NCBI GenBank assembly: GCA_944386115.1
Contig: CALWZV010000003.1
Location: forward strand, 7,582 to 47,581
Length of the DNA stretch: 40,000 nucleotides
Source: an uncultured Clostridia bacterium
Lineage (GTDB): Bacteria; Bacillota; Clostridia; TANB77; CAG-508
Direction: 5' to 3'
Positions 1-9,305 of the stretch are shown piece by piece (positions within the stretch are counted from its first letter, which is position 1; each line of letters starts with the position of its first letter). The notes under the pieces were generated by a model. That model ran no database searches, had not been told where the DNA came from, and saw only the letters and a list, made by a program, of their open reading frames with translations. The translations under genes and the position numbers were made by a program.

Positions 1-1301
1 GTATCTAAATGTTCTGATGGAATACATCCTCCTGATGGTCCACCAGTTTGTGCTGCTTTAAACCCTTTTCCATCTGGAATCCCTCCACCAATATCAAATA
101 CAATTTCTCTTAATGTTGTTCCCATTGGTACTTCAACAAGTCCAACATTATTTACATTTCCACCAAGTGCAAATACTTTAGTTCCTTTAGATTTTTCTGT
201 TCCAATTGAACTATACCATTTTGCACCATTTAAAATTATTTTTGGAACATTTGCATATGTTTCTACATTATTTATAAGTGTTGGCTTGCCCCATAATCCT
301 TTGTTAGCTGGAAATGGTGGTTTAACTCTTGGTTGTCCCCTTTTACCTTCTATGGACTCTAAAAGTGCTGTCTCTTCTCCACAAACGAAAGCACCTGCTC
401 CAAGTCTTATTTCAAGATCGAAGTCAAAACCTGTATTCCATATGTTTTTACCTAATATTCCATATTCTTTTGCTTGATTTATTGCAGTTTGAAATCTTTG
501 TACTGCAATTGGATACTCAGCTCTTACATATATGTAGCCCTTATTTGCTCCTATACTAAATCCAGCTATCATCATAGCTTCTATAACTGAATGTGGATCT
601 CCTTCTAATATGCTTCTATCCATAAAAGCACCTGGATCTCCTTCATCAGCATTACATACAACATATTTTTGTTCTCCCTGTGCAATTTTAGTAAACTCCC
701 ACTTCTTTCCTGTTGGGAAACCGGCTCCTCCACGTCCTCTTAGTCCAGAGTCTGTTATTTCTTTTATTACTTCATCTGGGGTCATCTCTTTTAAAACTTT
801 TTCTAAAGCTTTGTAACCATCAAAAGTAATATATTCATCTATATCTTCTGGATTTATAACTCCACAATTTTTTAAAGCTATTCTTTTTTGCTTTTTATAA
901 AAATTTAGTTCATCTAACCTTTTAACAACTGTTTGATCTATATCTTTGCAAAGTAATCTTTCAACTAATTTGCCATTTATTATATGTGTATTTATTATTT
1001 CTTCACAATCTTCTACACTACAATTTGCATAAAAAGTGTCTTCTGGTCTTATTATAACTATTGGCCCTTTTGCACATAGTCCAAAGCATCCAGTTTGTAT
1101 TACCTTAACATTTTTTAAATCTTTTTCTTTTATTATCCTGTTAAAATTCTCTATTATTTGTGGAGATTTAGAAGATGTACATCCAGTTCCTCTGCAAACT
1201 AAGATATGTTTTTCTATTGTTTTACAATCTATATTAACTCTTAAATCTAGTTCTCTTCTTTTTTCTTCTCTTATTTTTTCAATTTCTTCTAGAGTCTTCA
1301 T
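1..1301 (-). CDS. NuoF-like NADH-binding flavoprotein (HydB/HndC-type subunit of a bifurcating hydrogenase or dehydrogenase). The C-terminus runs off the window.
   Basis: My own minus-strand translation from the ATG at 1301-1299 gives MKTLEEIEKIREEKRRELDL..ILVCRGTGCTSS..GCFGLCAKGPIVII (thioredoxin-like 2Fe-2S domain), then GLRGRGGAGFPTGKKWEF and VVCNADEGDPGAFMDR (NuoF motifs). It is absent from the ORF track because no stop lies inside the window. Confidence 0.85.
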   Translation of the reverse strand, partial: MKTLEEIEKIREEKRRELDLRVNIDCKTIEKHILVCRGTGCTSSKSPQIIENFNRIIKEKDLKNVKVIQTGCFGLCAKGPIVIIRPEDTFYANCSVEDCEEIINTHIINGKLVERLLCKDIDQTVVKRLDELNFYKKQKRIALKNCGVINPEDIDEYITFDGYKALEKVLKEMTPDEVIKEITDSGLRGRGGAGFPTGKKWEFTKIAQGEQKYVVCNADEGDPGAFMDRSILEGDPHSVIEAMMIAGFSIGANKGYIYVRAEYPIAVQRFQTAINQAKEYGILGKNIWNTGFDFDLEIRLGAGAFVCGEETALLESIEGKRGQPRVKPPFPANKGLWGKPTLINNVETYANVPKIILNGAKWYSSIGTEKSKGTKVFALGGNVNNVGLVEVPMGTTLREIVFDIGGGIPDGKGFKAAQTGGPSGGCIPSEHLD

Positions 1302-1322
1302 AATATTTACCTTCCCTTCTAT

Positions 1323-1823
1323 TTAATCCATATTTTGATATTTTTCAATAACCTCTTTTACCATACTTACTGTTGCTCTTCCATGTACTTCACCATTGAC
1401 TGTAAAAACTGGAGCTAATCCGCATGCACCTATACACCTTGTAGCTTCTATTGAAAATTTACCATCTTTAGTTGTCTCTCCAACATCTATTCCAAGTTTT
1501 TGCTTAACAGCTTCTAATATTTTCTCTGATCCCTTAACAAAACAAGCAGTTCCTAAGCATACTGCTATATTGTATTTTCCTTTTGGCTTTAATGTAAATC
1601 TTGAGTAAAATGTTATAACTCCATATACTTCAGCCATTGGAATGTTTAAATATTCTGAAATTTCTTTTTGTGCATTTTCAGATATATAACCATGTTTTTC
1701 TTGAACTTCGTTTAGTATTTGTATTAAATTGCTCTTATCATTTGTATACTTTTGTAAGATCTCTTCAAATTCTTTGTGTTTTGCTCCATTTTTGCAATTG
1801 CATTCACAGTTTAGTTTTTCCAT
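1323..1823 (-). CDS. NuoE-like [2Fe-2S] thioredoxin-fold ferredoxin subunit (HydC/HndA type)
   Basis: 166-aa ORF with NuoE-type cysteines (VCLGTACFVKG ... RCIGACGLAP). It lies immediately upstream of the NuoF-like gene. Confidence 0.85.
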   Translation of the reverse strand: MEKLNCECNCKNGAKHKEFEEILQKYTNDKSNLIQILNEVQEKHGYISENAQKEISEYLNIPMAEVYGVITFYSRFTLKPKGKYNIAVCLGTACFVKGSEKILEAVKQKLGIDVGETTKDGKFSIEATRCIGACGLAPVFTVNGEVHGRATVSMVKEVIEKYQNMD

Positions 1824-1931
1824 GTTTTACCTCCATATTTTAGTTAATTTATTTTCATAAAACTATATTTTCATTATAGCAAAATCATTCTACAAAAACA
1901 ATTATTTTAAAACATTTTTTACTGGAAATTA

Positions 1932-2165
1932 TTATATTTCTACTAAAATAACATCATCACCTATACATTTGATTTTTTCCCATGGAATAACAATATCCTC
2001 TCCCCCACTGAATATATTAAGCATTTTGCGACTTCCTGGTACTATTATAGATGTTATAACTCCTGTTTCTAAATTTGCTGTTACATCTTGAACAAGTCCA
2101 AGTCTCCTTCCATCTGTTATGTTAATTACTTCTTTATGTTTAAAATCTAGACCTTTAGATTTCAC
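1932..2165 (-). CDS. ylmC: YlmC/YmxH-family PRC-barrel sporulation protein
   Basis: 77-aa ORF. KEVINITDGRRLGLVQDV...DIVIPWEKIKCIGDDVILVE is typical of the YlmC/YmxH family. Confidence 0.8.
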   Translation of the reverse strand: MKSKGLDFKHKEVINITDGRRLGLVQDVTANLETGVITSIIVPGSRKMLNIFSGGEDIVIPWEKIKCIGDDVILVEI

Positions 2166-2244
2166 ATCTTACCTCCCAAAAAAATAACACTATATAAATA
2201 TTTATATGTGTTACTTTTCTTGTTATTCTATGCTTTATATGATT

Positions 2245-4053
2245 TTACTGGAAAATTTCTTTATTCTCTATTTGTTTTATTTTACTACCTCTTTGTGCTT
2301 CTCTTAGCTTTTTCATAAATGGGAGATAACATGCATCATCATTATCTGTATAATCATCTTCTGTTATAGCATAATGATTTATTAATATATTGTTTCTATC
2401 TTTGAAGCTAATATCTATCATATTTGCTATTTCTTCTTCAAATAATATTCTTATATAATACATTGTCTCCTCATGATTCTGCAATTGGTTCATTGCAGAT
2501 GCATAGAGGTATACAGCTTTTACAAAACTTTTTTCTAGTGTTTCTTCTAATATATTATCTACCATAAAACTTAAATCTTCTAAAATACTTACCGCTTTTT
2601 TATATTCTTGATTCATTATATAACAAATTCCCAAAAAATATCTTGCTCCCATTCCAAGTTTTTCGCAAGGTAATGCATCTGTGTTTTTTATTGAAATAAA
2701 GAAAGAAAGCTTTTCATATCCAATATCATTTACTATTGTTTCCATTATTTTTATAACTTCTTTTATATTATTTAATGTAATATTTTTCATATCTTTTAAT
2801 ATTTCTTGCATTGTTATAAATATATTAAAATATGTAGCATTAGGATCAAAAGAAAGCTCACTCATTCCAGGTATTGCTATACTAAATGCCGGAAATCCTA
2901 AATATGAAACATTTCGTACTAATATATCATAGCCATTATCTAAAATTCTATTTACTAGTTGTTTTAATATTTCTTTATTTGTTAAGTTAGAAACATCTGG
3001 CATTTGTGTAAATCTATATGTTGGTTTTTTTCCAATTACTTGATATGGTACTGCTGATAAGTCTGTATATAAAAATTCTAATATATTTTTACTTTTATTT
3101 TGTTCCCCTTCTGAAAAATCAAACAAACAAGTTCTTGCATATTCATATATATCTCTTCCTTGTGCAGCTTCTGTAAAACATCTTTCCATTGCTATTCCGT
3201 AATCTGGATGTGCACCTAATTTAAAACCAAATCTTCCAGTATTTTTTTCAATAATATATAAACCAGCTACAGGATATTTACCTCCTAAAGAACAATCTAC
3301 TAATTTAAACCAGTATTTATTATTTTTCCTTAATTTTTTTACCATTTCTTTTACTTTGGGGAATTTTTCTATATATGACATTTCAATTTCAGGAAGTGTA
3401 ATTTTTTCTTTAAATATCCTTATTCCTATATGTCTTTCTAATATCTCTGATATTCCTTCTATTAATGCCTCTTCTGCTGAATTTCCTGCACACATTCCAT
3501 TTGTATCATATAAATAACTAAATAATCTATCTGGAATATGAACAATATTTTTTTGTCTTACATCATAATAAGGCAATGAAATATATTCTTCTTGTTTTAC
3601 TAAATTTGATTTTTCATTTAATATTGTCTTTAAATATTCTTTTTGCTCATTTTCACTACATTTTCCTTTTCCGTTTTGGTTCAAAATATTTTTGAAAATT
3701 GGATTATTCTCTTTTAGCAATTCATCTACTGTAATCCTTTTTTCATCTGGCGAATTACTAAATGGTATTTCTTTTGTAGGTTTTTCCATTCTAAATCTAA
3801 AAAGACCATTTTGAAATCTTTCAAAAAATTCGGCATATGCACTTGCCATTGCAAATTCTTTTGTCATTCCCTTACCGTTTTGTCCCATATCAGTCCCTTT
3901 TATACATAAACGCAATGAATATGTTCCTACACTACTTTCATCTTTCCATTTTTCTTCAACTTCTATACCTACTTCTTGTAATAATTTCTTTAATCTTTTT
4001 ACTGTTTCTTTTGGTTCTACTTCTTTATATCTTCTTTCTTGCAATGTACTCAT
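2245..4053 (-). CDS. YcaO-domain protein with a C-terminal helical-repeat (TPR-like) region
   Basis: 602-aa ORF with a GGGAGG RBS upstream. N-terminal region GTDMGQNGKGMTKEFAMASAYAEFFERFQN and later GMCAGNSAEEALIEGISEILERH resemble the YcaO ATP-binding/activation signature. The C-terminal ~200 aa are helical repeats. Confidence 0.7.
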   Translation of the reverse strand: MSTLQERRYKEVEPKETVKRLKKLLQEVGIEVEEKWKDESSVGTYSLRLCIKGTDMGQNGKGMTKEFAMASAYAEFFERFQNGLFRFRMEKPTKEIPFSNSPDEKRITVDELLKENNPIFKNILNQNGKGKCSENEQKEYLKTILNEKSNLVKQEEYISLPYYDVRQKNIVHIPDRLFSYLYDTNGMCAGNSAEEALIEGISEILERHIGIRIFKEKITLPEIEMSYIEKFPKVKEMVKKLRKNNKYWFKLVDCSLGGKYPVAGLYIIEKNTGRFGFKLGAHPDYGIAMERCFTEAAQGRDIYEYARTCLFDFSEGEQNKSKNILEFLYTDLSAVPYQVIGKKPTYRFTQMPDVSNLTNKEILKQLVNRILDNGYDILVRNVSYLGFPAFSIAIPGMSELSFDPNATYFNIFITMQEILKDMKNITLNNIKEVIKIMETIVNDIGYEKLSFFISIKNTDALPCEKLGMGARYFLGICYIMNQEYKKAVSILEDLSFMVDNILEETLEKSFVKAVYLYASAMNQLQNHEETMYYIRILFEEEIANMIDISFKDRNNILINHYAITEDDYTDNDDACYLPFMKKLREAQRGSKIKQIENKEIFQ

Positions 4054-4277
4054 ATATCATTTCCTCCCTATTATTTATTATCTCATTTTTCTCTTATTCC
4101 TAATAATATACATTTTTCTACATTATTTTTCATTTTTTTATGAAAGTACTATTTTTTTTTATGAAGATTAATTTATTTAGTTTTGCATATTCTAAAATGC
4201 TGTTTATATAATTTATAAATTATATAAACATTTTAATACCGTATGAATATAATGTTTTTAAAGGTAGGTGTTTAATT

Positions 4278-5285
4278 TTGAGTAAAAAAACTAAGTTAGC
4301 TATTGTAGGTGCAACCGGCTTAGTAGGTAGAACAATAATTGATGTTTTAAAAGAATTTAATTTTGAAAATATGGAATATGAGTTTTTTGCTTCCTCTAAA
4401 TCTGCAGGCACCTCAATAAATTTATTGGGAAAAGATTATAAAATAAAAGAATTAAAAAAAGATTCTTTTAATTCTAACTTTGACTTTGCGATTTTTTCAG
4501 CCGGAAGTTCTGTTGCAAAAGCATACGCTCCAATCGCTGTTTCTAAAGGAACTTTAGTTATTGATAATAGCAGTGCTTTCAGAATGTATGATAATATTCC
4601 TCTTGTCGTTCCAGAAGTAAATTCTTTCGCACTTAACTCATCCAGTAGAATTATTGCTAATCCTAATTGTTCAACAATTCAAGCAGTTGTTGTTCTAAAA
4701 CCATTAGATGATTTATATAAAATAAAAAGGATTATATATTCTACTTATCAAGCAGTTTCTGGTGCTGGTAAAAAAGGTATAGATGATTTAAACAATACTA
4801 TAAATGGTCTTCCACCTCAAAAATTCCCATATTCTATTTTTAATAATTGTATACCACAAATTGATGAGTTTTCTTCAAACAATTATACAAAAGAAGAACT
4901 AAAAATGATAAATGAAACTAGGAAAATACTATGTAAACCTAATCTTCCTATTACAGCAACAACAGTAAGAGTTCCTGTATTAAATTGTCATAGTGAAAGT
5001 ATAAACATAGAATTTGAAAATGATTTTGAAATTAATGACATTATTTCCACTTTAGCAAAATCTAATGGTATTATTGTTCAAGATGATCCTAAGCAAAATA
5101 TTTACCCTATTGCAACAAATGTAACAGGTCATAACGAGGTATATGTTGGTAGAATAAGACGTGATTTCAGTGTAAAATCTGGTATAAACCTATGGGTTGT
5201 TGCTGACAATGTGCGTAAAGGTGCTGCAACAAATGCAGTACAAATTCTAAAATGTATTTTAGAGAAAAAAAATCATGGAGGCTAA
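4278..5285 (+). CDS. asd: aspartate-semialdehyde dehydrogenase
   Basis: 335-aa ORF with a TTG start. It carries LAIVGATGLVG (NAD(P) fold), the active-site context IANPNCSTIQ, and C-terminal DNVRKGAATNAVQI. Confidence 0.95.
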   Translation: MSKKTKLAIVGATGLVGRTIIDVLKEFNFENMEYEFFASSKSAGTSINLLGKDYKIKELKKDSFNSNFDFAIFSAGSSVAKAYAPIAVSKGTLVIDNSSAFRMYDNIPLVVPEVNSFALNSSSRIIANPNCSTIQAVVVLKPLDDLYKIKRIIYSTYQAVSGAGKKGIDDLNNTINGLPPQKFPYSIFNNCIPQIDEFSSNNYTKEELKMINETRKILCKPNLPITATTVRVPVLNCHSESINIEFENDFEINDIISTLAKSNGIIVQDDPKQNIYPIATNVTGHNEVYVGRIRRDFSVKSGINLWVVADNVRKGAATNAVQILKCILEKKNHGG

Positions 5286-5287
5286 AA

Positions 5288-6174
5288 ATGAAAAAAATAT
5301 TATTTAAAGGCTGTGGAACAGCAATAGTTACCCCTTTTAAAGGAGATGAAGTTAATTTTGAAGAATTAGGAAAATTAATTGATTTTCAAATTCAAAATAA
5401 TATTGATAGTATAATAATTTGTGGAACAACAGGTGAATCAGCAACAATGACTTTAGAAGAAAAGAAAAGAACTATTGAATTTGCCAAATCGAAAGTAAAT
5501 AATAGGGTCCCTTTAATTGCAGGTACACGGTTCAAATTGTACTAAATCATCAATTGAACTTTCTAAATTCGCACAAAAAATTGGAGTAGATGGTTTATTA
5601 TTAGTAACACCATATTATAATAAAACTACACAATCAGGATTAATTTCACATTACAAAAAAATCGCTGATAATGTTGATTTGCCATTAATTTTATATAATG
5701 TACCAAGCAGGACACGGAATGAATATTCTTCCAAAAACATGTTTAGAATTATCAAAAATTGAAAATATTGTTGCAATCAAAGAAGCTAGTGGAAATATTT
5801 CACAAGTTACAGAAATTGCTAGTCTTTGCGGAAACGATTTGAATATATATTCTGGTAATGATGATCAAATATTACCAATTCTTTCTCTTGGTGGAATTGG
5901 TGTTATCTCTGTTTTATCAAATATATTACCCAACTCTACTCATGAATTAGTAGAAAATTTCTTTAAAGGTGATATAGAGAATTCTAAACAAATACAATTA
6001 GAACTTATAAATTTAATAAAACTGCTTTTTACAGAAACAAATCCAATACCAATAAAAAAAGCACTTAATTTAATTGGATTTAATGTTGGAGTTCCAAGAT
6101 TACCACTTGTAGAAGCATCTGATTCTTTATCACATCAATTATATGAAGAAATGAAATTACAAAAAATAATTTAA
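5288..6174 (+). CDS. dapA: 4-hydroxy-tetrahydrodipicolinate synthase, reading frame interrupted twice (+1 at 5528 and 5715)
   Basis: Three consecutive ORF-track pieces (5252-5545, 5517-5762, 5698-6174) lie in frames that each step +1. Joined they give a full DapA: ..[19 protein letters not shown]|[22 protein letters not shown]|[14 protein letters not shown]. The ATG at 5288 follows a GGAGG RBS. Length is 887 nt, which is 295 codons plus 2 extra nucleotides. Confidence 0.9.
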
Positions 6175-6260
6175 TTTATTAATATTTTTTAAAGTAGTTT
6201 ATCAATTTATTTAATTGTGATATAATTAAATTATATATATAAATAAATGGGGATTTAATT

Positions 6261-6764
6261 ATGGAATTTGATGAAATTATAAAAGATATAAAAAATAATA
6301 AAACTGTATTGCAAATGAAAAATTTCAGACAACATTATGATACAAGTTGTTATGAACATTGCATGAATGTTGCTAAATATACATATTTAATTTGTAAAAA
6401 ACATAACTTAGATTATATTTCTGCAACACGTGCAGCAATGTTACATGATTTGTTTTTATATGACTGGAGAGTTAAATCTAGTAAAAGCCCAAGATTCCAT
6501 GGTTATAAACATCCTAAAATTGCTCTTGAGAACTCTAAAAAATTATTTGATTTAAATGAAAAAGAAAAAGATATAATTTTAAAACATATGTGGCCACTTA
6601 CTTTAAGTTTACCAAAATATAAAGAAAGTTTTATTGTCACTTTAGCTGATAAATACTCAACATTTATTGAAACTAAGGAATATTATAAACATAATTACAA
6701 ATTACAAAAAATTTATAGATATGCCTATGTATTTTTATGTTTACTTGTTTTTAGAATTGTTTAA
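6261..6764 (+). CDS. HD-domain phosphohydrolase
   Basis: 167-aa ORF with CYEHCMNVA...AAMLHDLF (HD motif) and a hydrophobic C-terminal tail. Confidence 0.7.
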   Translation: MEFDEIIKDIKNNKTVLQMKNFRQHYDTSCYEHCMNVAKYTYLICKKHNLDYISATRAAMLHDLFLYDWRVKSSKSPRFHGYKHPKIALENSKKLFDLNEKEKDIILKHMWPLTLSLPKYKESFIVTLADKYSTFIETKEYYKHNYKLQKIYRYAYVFLCLLVFRIV

Positions 6765-6802
6765 TATGTTTAGATTCAACCTCAAACGGTTCATAAGTAA
6801 AA

Positions 6803-6837
6803 TGAAACTACTAAACTTTTTAGTAGTTTCATTTTTT
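6803..6837. terminator. bidirectional rho-independent terminator between the HD gene and clpC
   Basis: TGAAACTACTAA (6803-6814) pairs with TTAGTAGTTTCA (6820-6831). A T-run follows on the plus strand and an A-run precedes it. Confidence 0.8.
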
Positions 6838-6848
6838 AACCTATACTC

Positions 6849-9293
6849 TTATAATACTTCGATTTCGTCATTTTTAACCTTTATTTTAGCAGTACTTCCT
6901 GATTTTAATTTTCCATCTAATATTGCTTCTGCTATTTTATCTTCAATCATATTTTGTATAGCTCTTCTCAATGGTCTTGCACCATATGTTGTGTCTATTC
7001 CTTTTTTTGCTATCAATTCTTTAACTGGTTCATCAATTTCCAATTTAATATTTTGCTCTTTTAGTCTTTTCTCAACTTCTTTTAACATTATATTAATAAT
7101 TTCTTTTATTTCATTAGAACTTAATTTATGGAAAACTATTATTTCATCAATACGATTTATAAATTCTGGTCTGAATTCTTTTTTTACTTCTGTCATAACG
7201 TCTTTTTTAACTCTCTCATATTCTTGTTTTTCTTCATTTGCATCAGATTGATTAAATCCTAATGACTTCTTCTCAGCTATTATTCTTGCTCCAACATTTG
7301 AAGTCATGATAATTATACAATTCTTAAAACTTACTGTTCTACCTTGTGAATCTGTTAGTCTTCCATCTTCTAATATTTGAAGTAACATATTCATTACATC
7401 TGGATGTGCTTTTTCTATTTCATCAAATAGAACTACTGAATATGGCTTTCTCCTTATTTTTTCTGTTAGCTGACCTGCTTCATCAAATCCTACATATCCT
7501 GGAGGTGAACCAATTAGTTTTGAAATTGAATGTGGCTCCATGTACTCAGACATATCAATTCTCACCATTGCATTTTCATCTCCGAATAAGCTTTCAGAAA
7601 TTGCTTTTGATAGCTCTGTCTTTCCTACTCCTGTAGGTCCTAGAAACAAGAATGAACCTATTGGTCTTTTTGGATCTTTTAATCCTACTCTTCCTCTTTT
7701 TATTGCTTTGCTTACAGCTAAGACCGCTTCGTCTTGTCCCACAACACGTTTGTGCAAATTTTCTTCTAGAGATTTTAGTTTTTCATTCTCTGTTTCAGTA
7801 ATTTTTTGTACAGGTATTTTTGTCCAGCTAGCCACAACTTCAGCTATATCCTCATCTGTAATATTTATAACATTTTTATTATTTTTGTTTTTCCATTTTT
7901 CTTTTTCTTTTTCTAACTTTTCTCTTTTCTCATGTTCTTTATCACGCATAGTTGCAGCTTTTTCAAAATCTTGAACTTTTATTGCTTCTTCTTTTTCCTT
8001 TGATACATTTTCTAATTCTGTTTCTAGCTTTTTTATACTATCAGGTTCTGTAATTGTTTTTAATCTCACTCTAGAAGATGCCTCATCTATTAAATCTATT
8101 GCTTTATCTGGTAAAAATCTATCATTAATATATCTAACAGATAATTCTGTTGCAGCTTTTATTGCTTCATCTGTTATCTTTACATTATGGTGTGCTTCAT
8201 ACTTGTCTCTTAATCCTTTAAGTATTAAGATTGTGTCTTCAGCACTTGGCTCATCAACATTAATAGGTTGAAATCTTCTCTCTAGTGCACTATCTTTTTC
8301 AATGTATTTTCTATACTCATTTAATGTTGTTGCACCTATTAATTGTATATCCCCTCTTGCTAGTAATGGTTTTAAAATATTTGCTGCATCAATAGCACCT
8401 TCTGCTGATCCAGCCCCTACTATAGTGTGTATTTCATCTATAAATAATATTACATCTCCAGCCTTTTTCACTTCATTTAATGATTTTTTTATTCTTTCTT
8501 CGAAATCTCCTCTATATTTAGATCCAGCTACCATAGATGAAATATCTAGTGTTACAACTCTCTTATTTTTTAAATTTTCAGGTACATCACCTAATACTAT
8601 TTTTTGAGCTAATCCTTCAACTATTGCTGTCTTTCCAACACCAGGCTCACCAATTAAACATGGATTATTTTTTGTTCTTCTTGAAAGTATTTGAATAACT
8701 CTTTCTATCTCTGTTTTTCTACCAATTACCGGATCTAGTTTTCCCTCTTTTGCTACTTTAGTTAAGTCACTACCAAACTGATTTAATGTTGGTGTTGAAT
8801 TATAGCTTGTCTCACTTCTAGTGTCTCCTCTTTTTTCTTGTTTTTCTTCACTTTCATACTCATTTAATACTTTTATAATTTCATTATAAAGTTTTTGTGG
8901 GTTTACTCCTAAATCTAGTAAAATTCTTACTGCTACACTATCTCCTTCTCTCATAATTCCTATTAATAAATGTTCTGTTCCAATATAATCTGATCCTAAT
9001 CTTCTAGCTTCTCTAAAAGCATTTTCTATTACTCTTTTTGTTCTTGGTGTAAACCCTATTGTTTCATCAATTTGTTCTCCATCTTCTTGCCCTATTAGTT
9101 CTTCTATTTTTTCTAGTATTAATTCTGGTGTTACATCTTGATGTTCTAGTACTTTGCTTGCTACTCCCATCTCTTCTTTTGCAATTCCATATAGCAAATG
9201 TTCTGTTCCAACATAATTATGTCCTAATTCAATTGCTAATTCATTTGCAATTTGTATTGCATTTTCACTTGAATTTGTAAATTTATAAGTCAT
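6849..9293 (-). CDS. clpC: ATP-dependent Clp protease ATP-binding subunit ClpC
   Basis: 814-aa ORF with two Clp_N repeats, two AAA+ modules (GEPGVGKTA, GPTGVGKTE) and a UVR linker. It is the last gene of the ctsR operon. Confidence 0.95.
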   Translation of the reverse strand: MTYKFTNSSENAIQIANELAIELGHNYVGTEHLLYGIAKEEMGVASKVLEHQDVTPELILEKIEELIGQEDGEQIDETIGFTPRTKRVIENAFREARRLGSDYIGTEHLLIGIMREGDSVAVRILLDLGVNPQKLYNEIIKVLNEYESEEKQEKRGDTRSETSYNSTPTLNQFGSDLTKVAKEGKLDPVIGRKTEIERVIQILSRRTKNNPCLIGEPGVGKTAIVEGLAQKIVLGDVPENLKNKRVVTLDISSMVAGSKYRGDFEERIKKSLNEVKKAGDVILFIDEIHTIVGAGSAEGAIDAANILKPLLARGDIQLIGATTLNEYRKYIEKDSALERRFQPINVDEPSAEDTILILKGLRDKYEAHHNVKITDEAIKAATELSVRYINDRFLPDKAIDLIDEASSRVRLKTITEPDSIKKLETELENVSKEKEEAIKVQDFEKAATMRDKEHEKREKLEKEKEKWKNKNNKNVINITDEDIAEVVASWTKIPVQKITETENEKLKSLEENLHKRVVGQDEAVLAVSKAIKRGRVGLKDPKRPIGSFLFLGPTGVGKTELSKAISESLFGDENAMVRIDMSEYMEPHSISKLIGSPPGYVGFDEAGQLTEKIRRKPYSVVLFDEIEKAHPDVMNMLLQILEDGRLTDSQGRTVSFKNCIIIMTSNVGARIIAEKKSLGFNQSDANEEKQEYERVKKDVMTEVKKEFRPEFINRIDEIIVFHKLSSNEIKEIINIMLKEVEKRLKEQNIKLEIDEPVKELIAKKGIDTTYGARPLRRAIQNMIEDKIAEAILDGKLKSGSTAKIKVKNDEIEVL

Positions 9294-9305
9294 AACTAAT
9301 CACTC

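Noticed and set aside
4054-4277. A possible lysine (L-box) riboswitch upstream of asd-dapA.
   Set aside because: The region is almost pure A/T. It has none of the GC-containing conserved helices (such as an AGAGGCGC-type core) that an L-box needs, and no terminator/antiterminator pair is evident.
5252-5287. The track start of the first dapA piece at 5252, overlapping asd. Similar N-terminal extensions occur for tsf (14334), rpsB (15187), ispH (30802), GT1 (24009) and the regulator (25138).
   Set aside because: Internal ATGs preceded by strong GGAGG-like RBS sequences reproduce the conserved N-termini of each family. The extensions have no RBS and overlap upstream genes or promoters.
6667-7251. 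A long plus-strand ORF (194 aa) and many similar ones, e.g. 7540-7974, 8302-8607, 13443-13910, 13892-14518, 20842-21324 and 22655-23212.
   Set aside because: They lie antisense to genes with unmistakable homology (clpC, tsf, yqfD, the GT genes). Their products are low-complexity F/L/S/I-rich strings, as expected from stop-poor antisense frames in AT-rich DNA.
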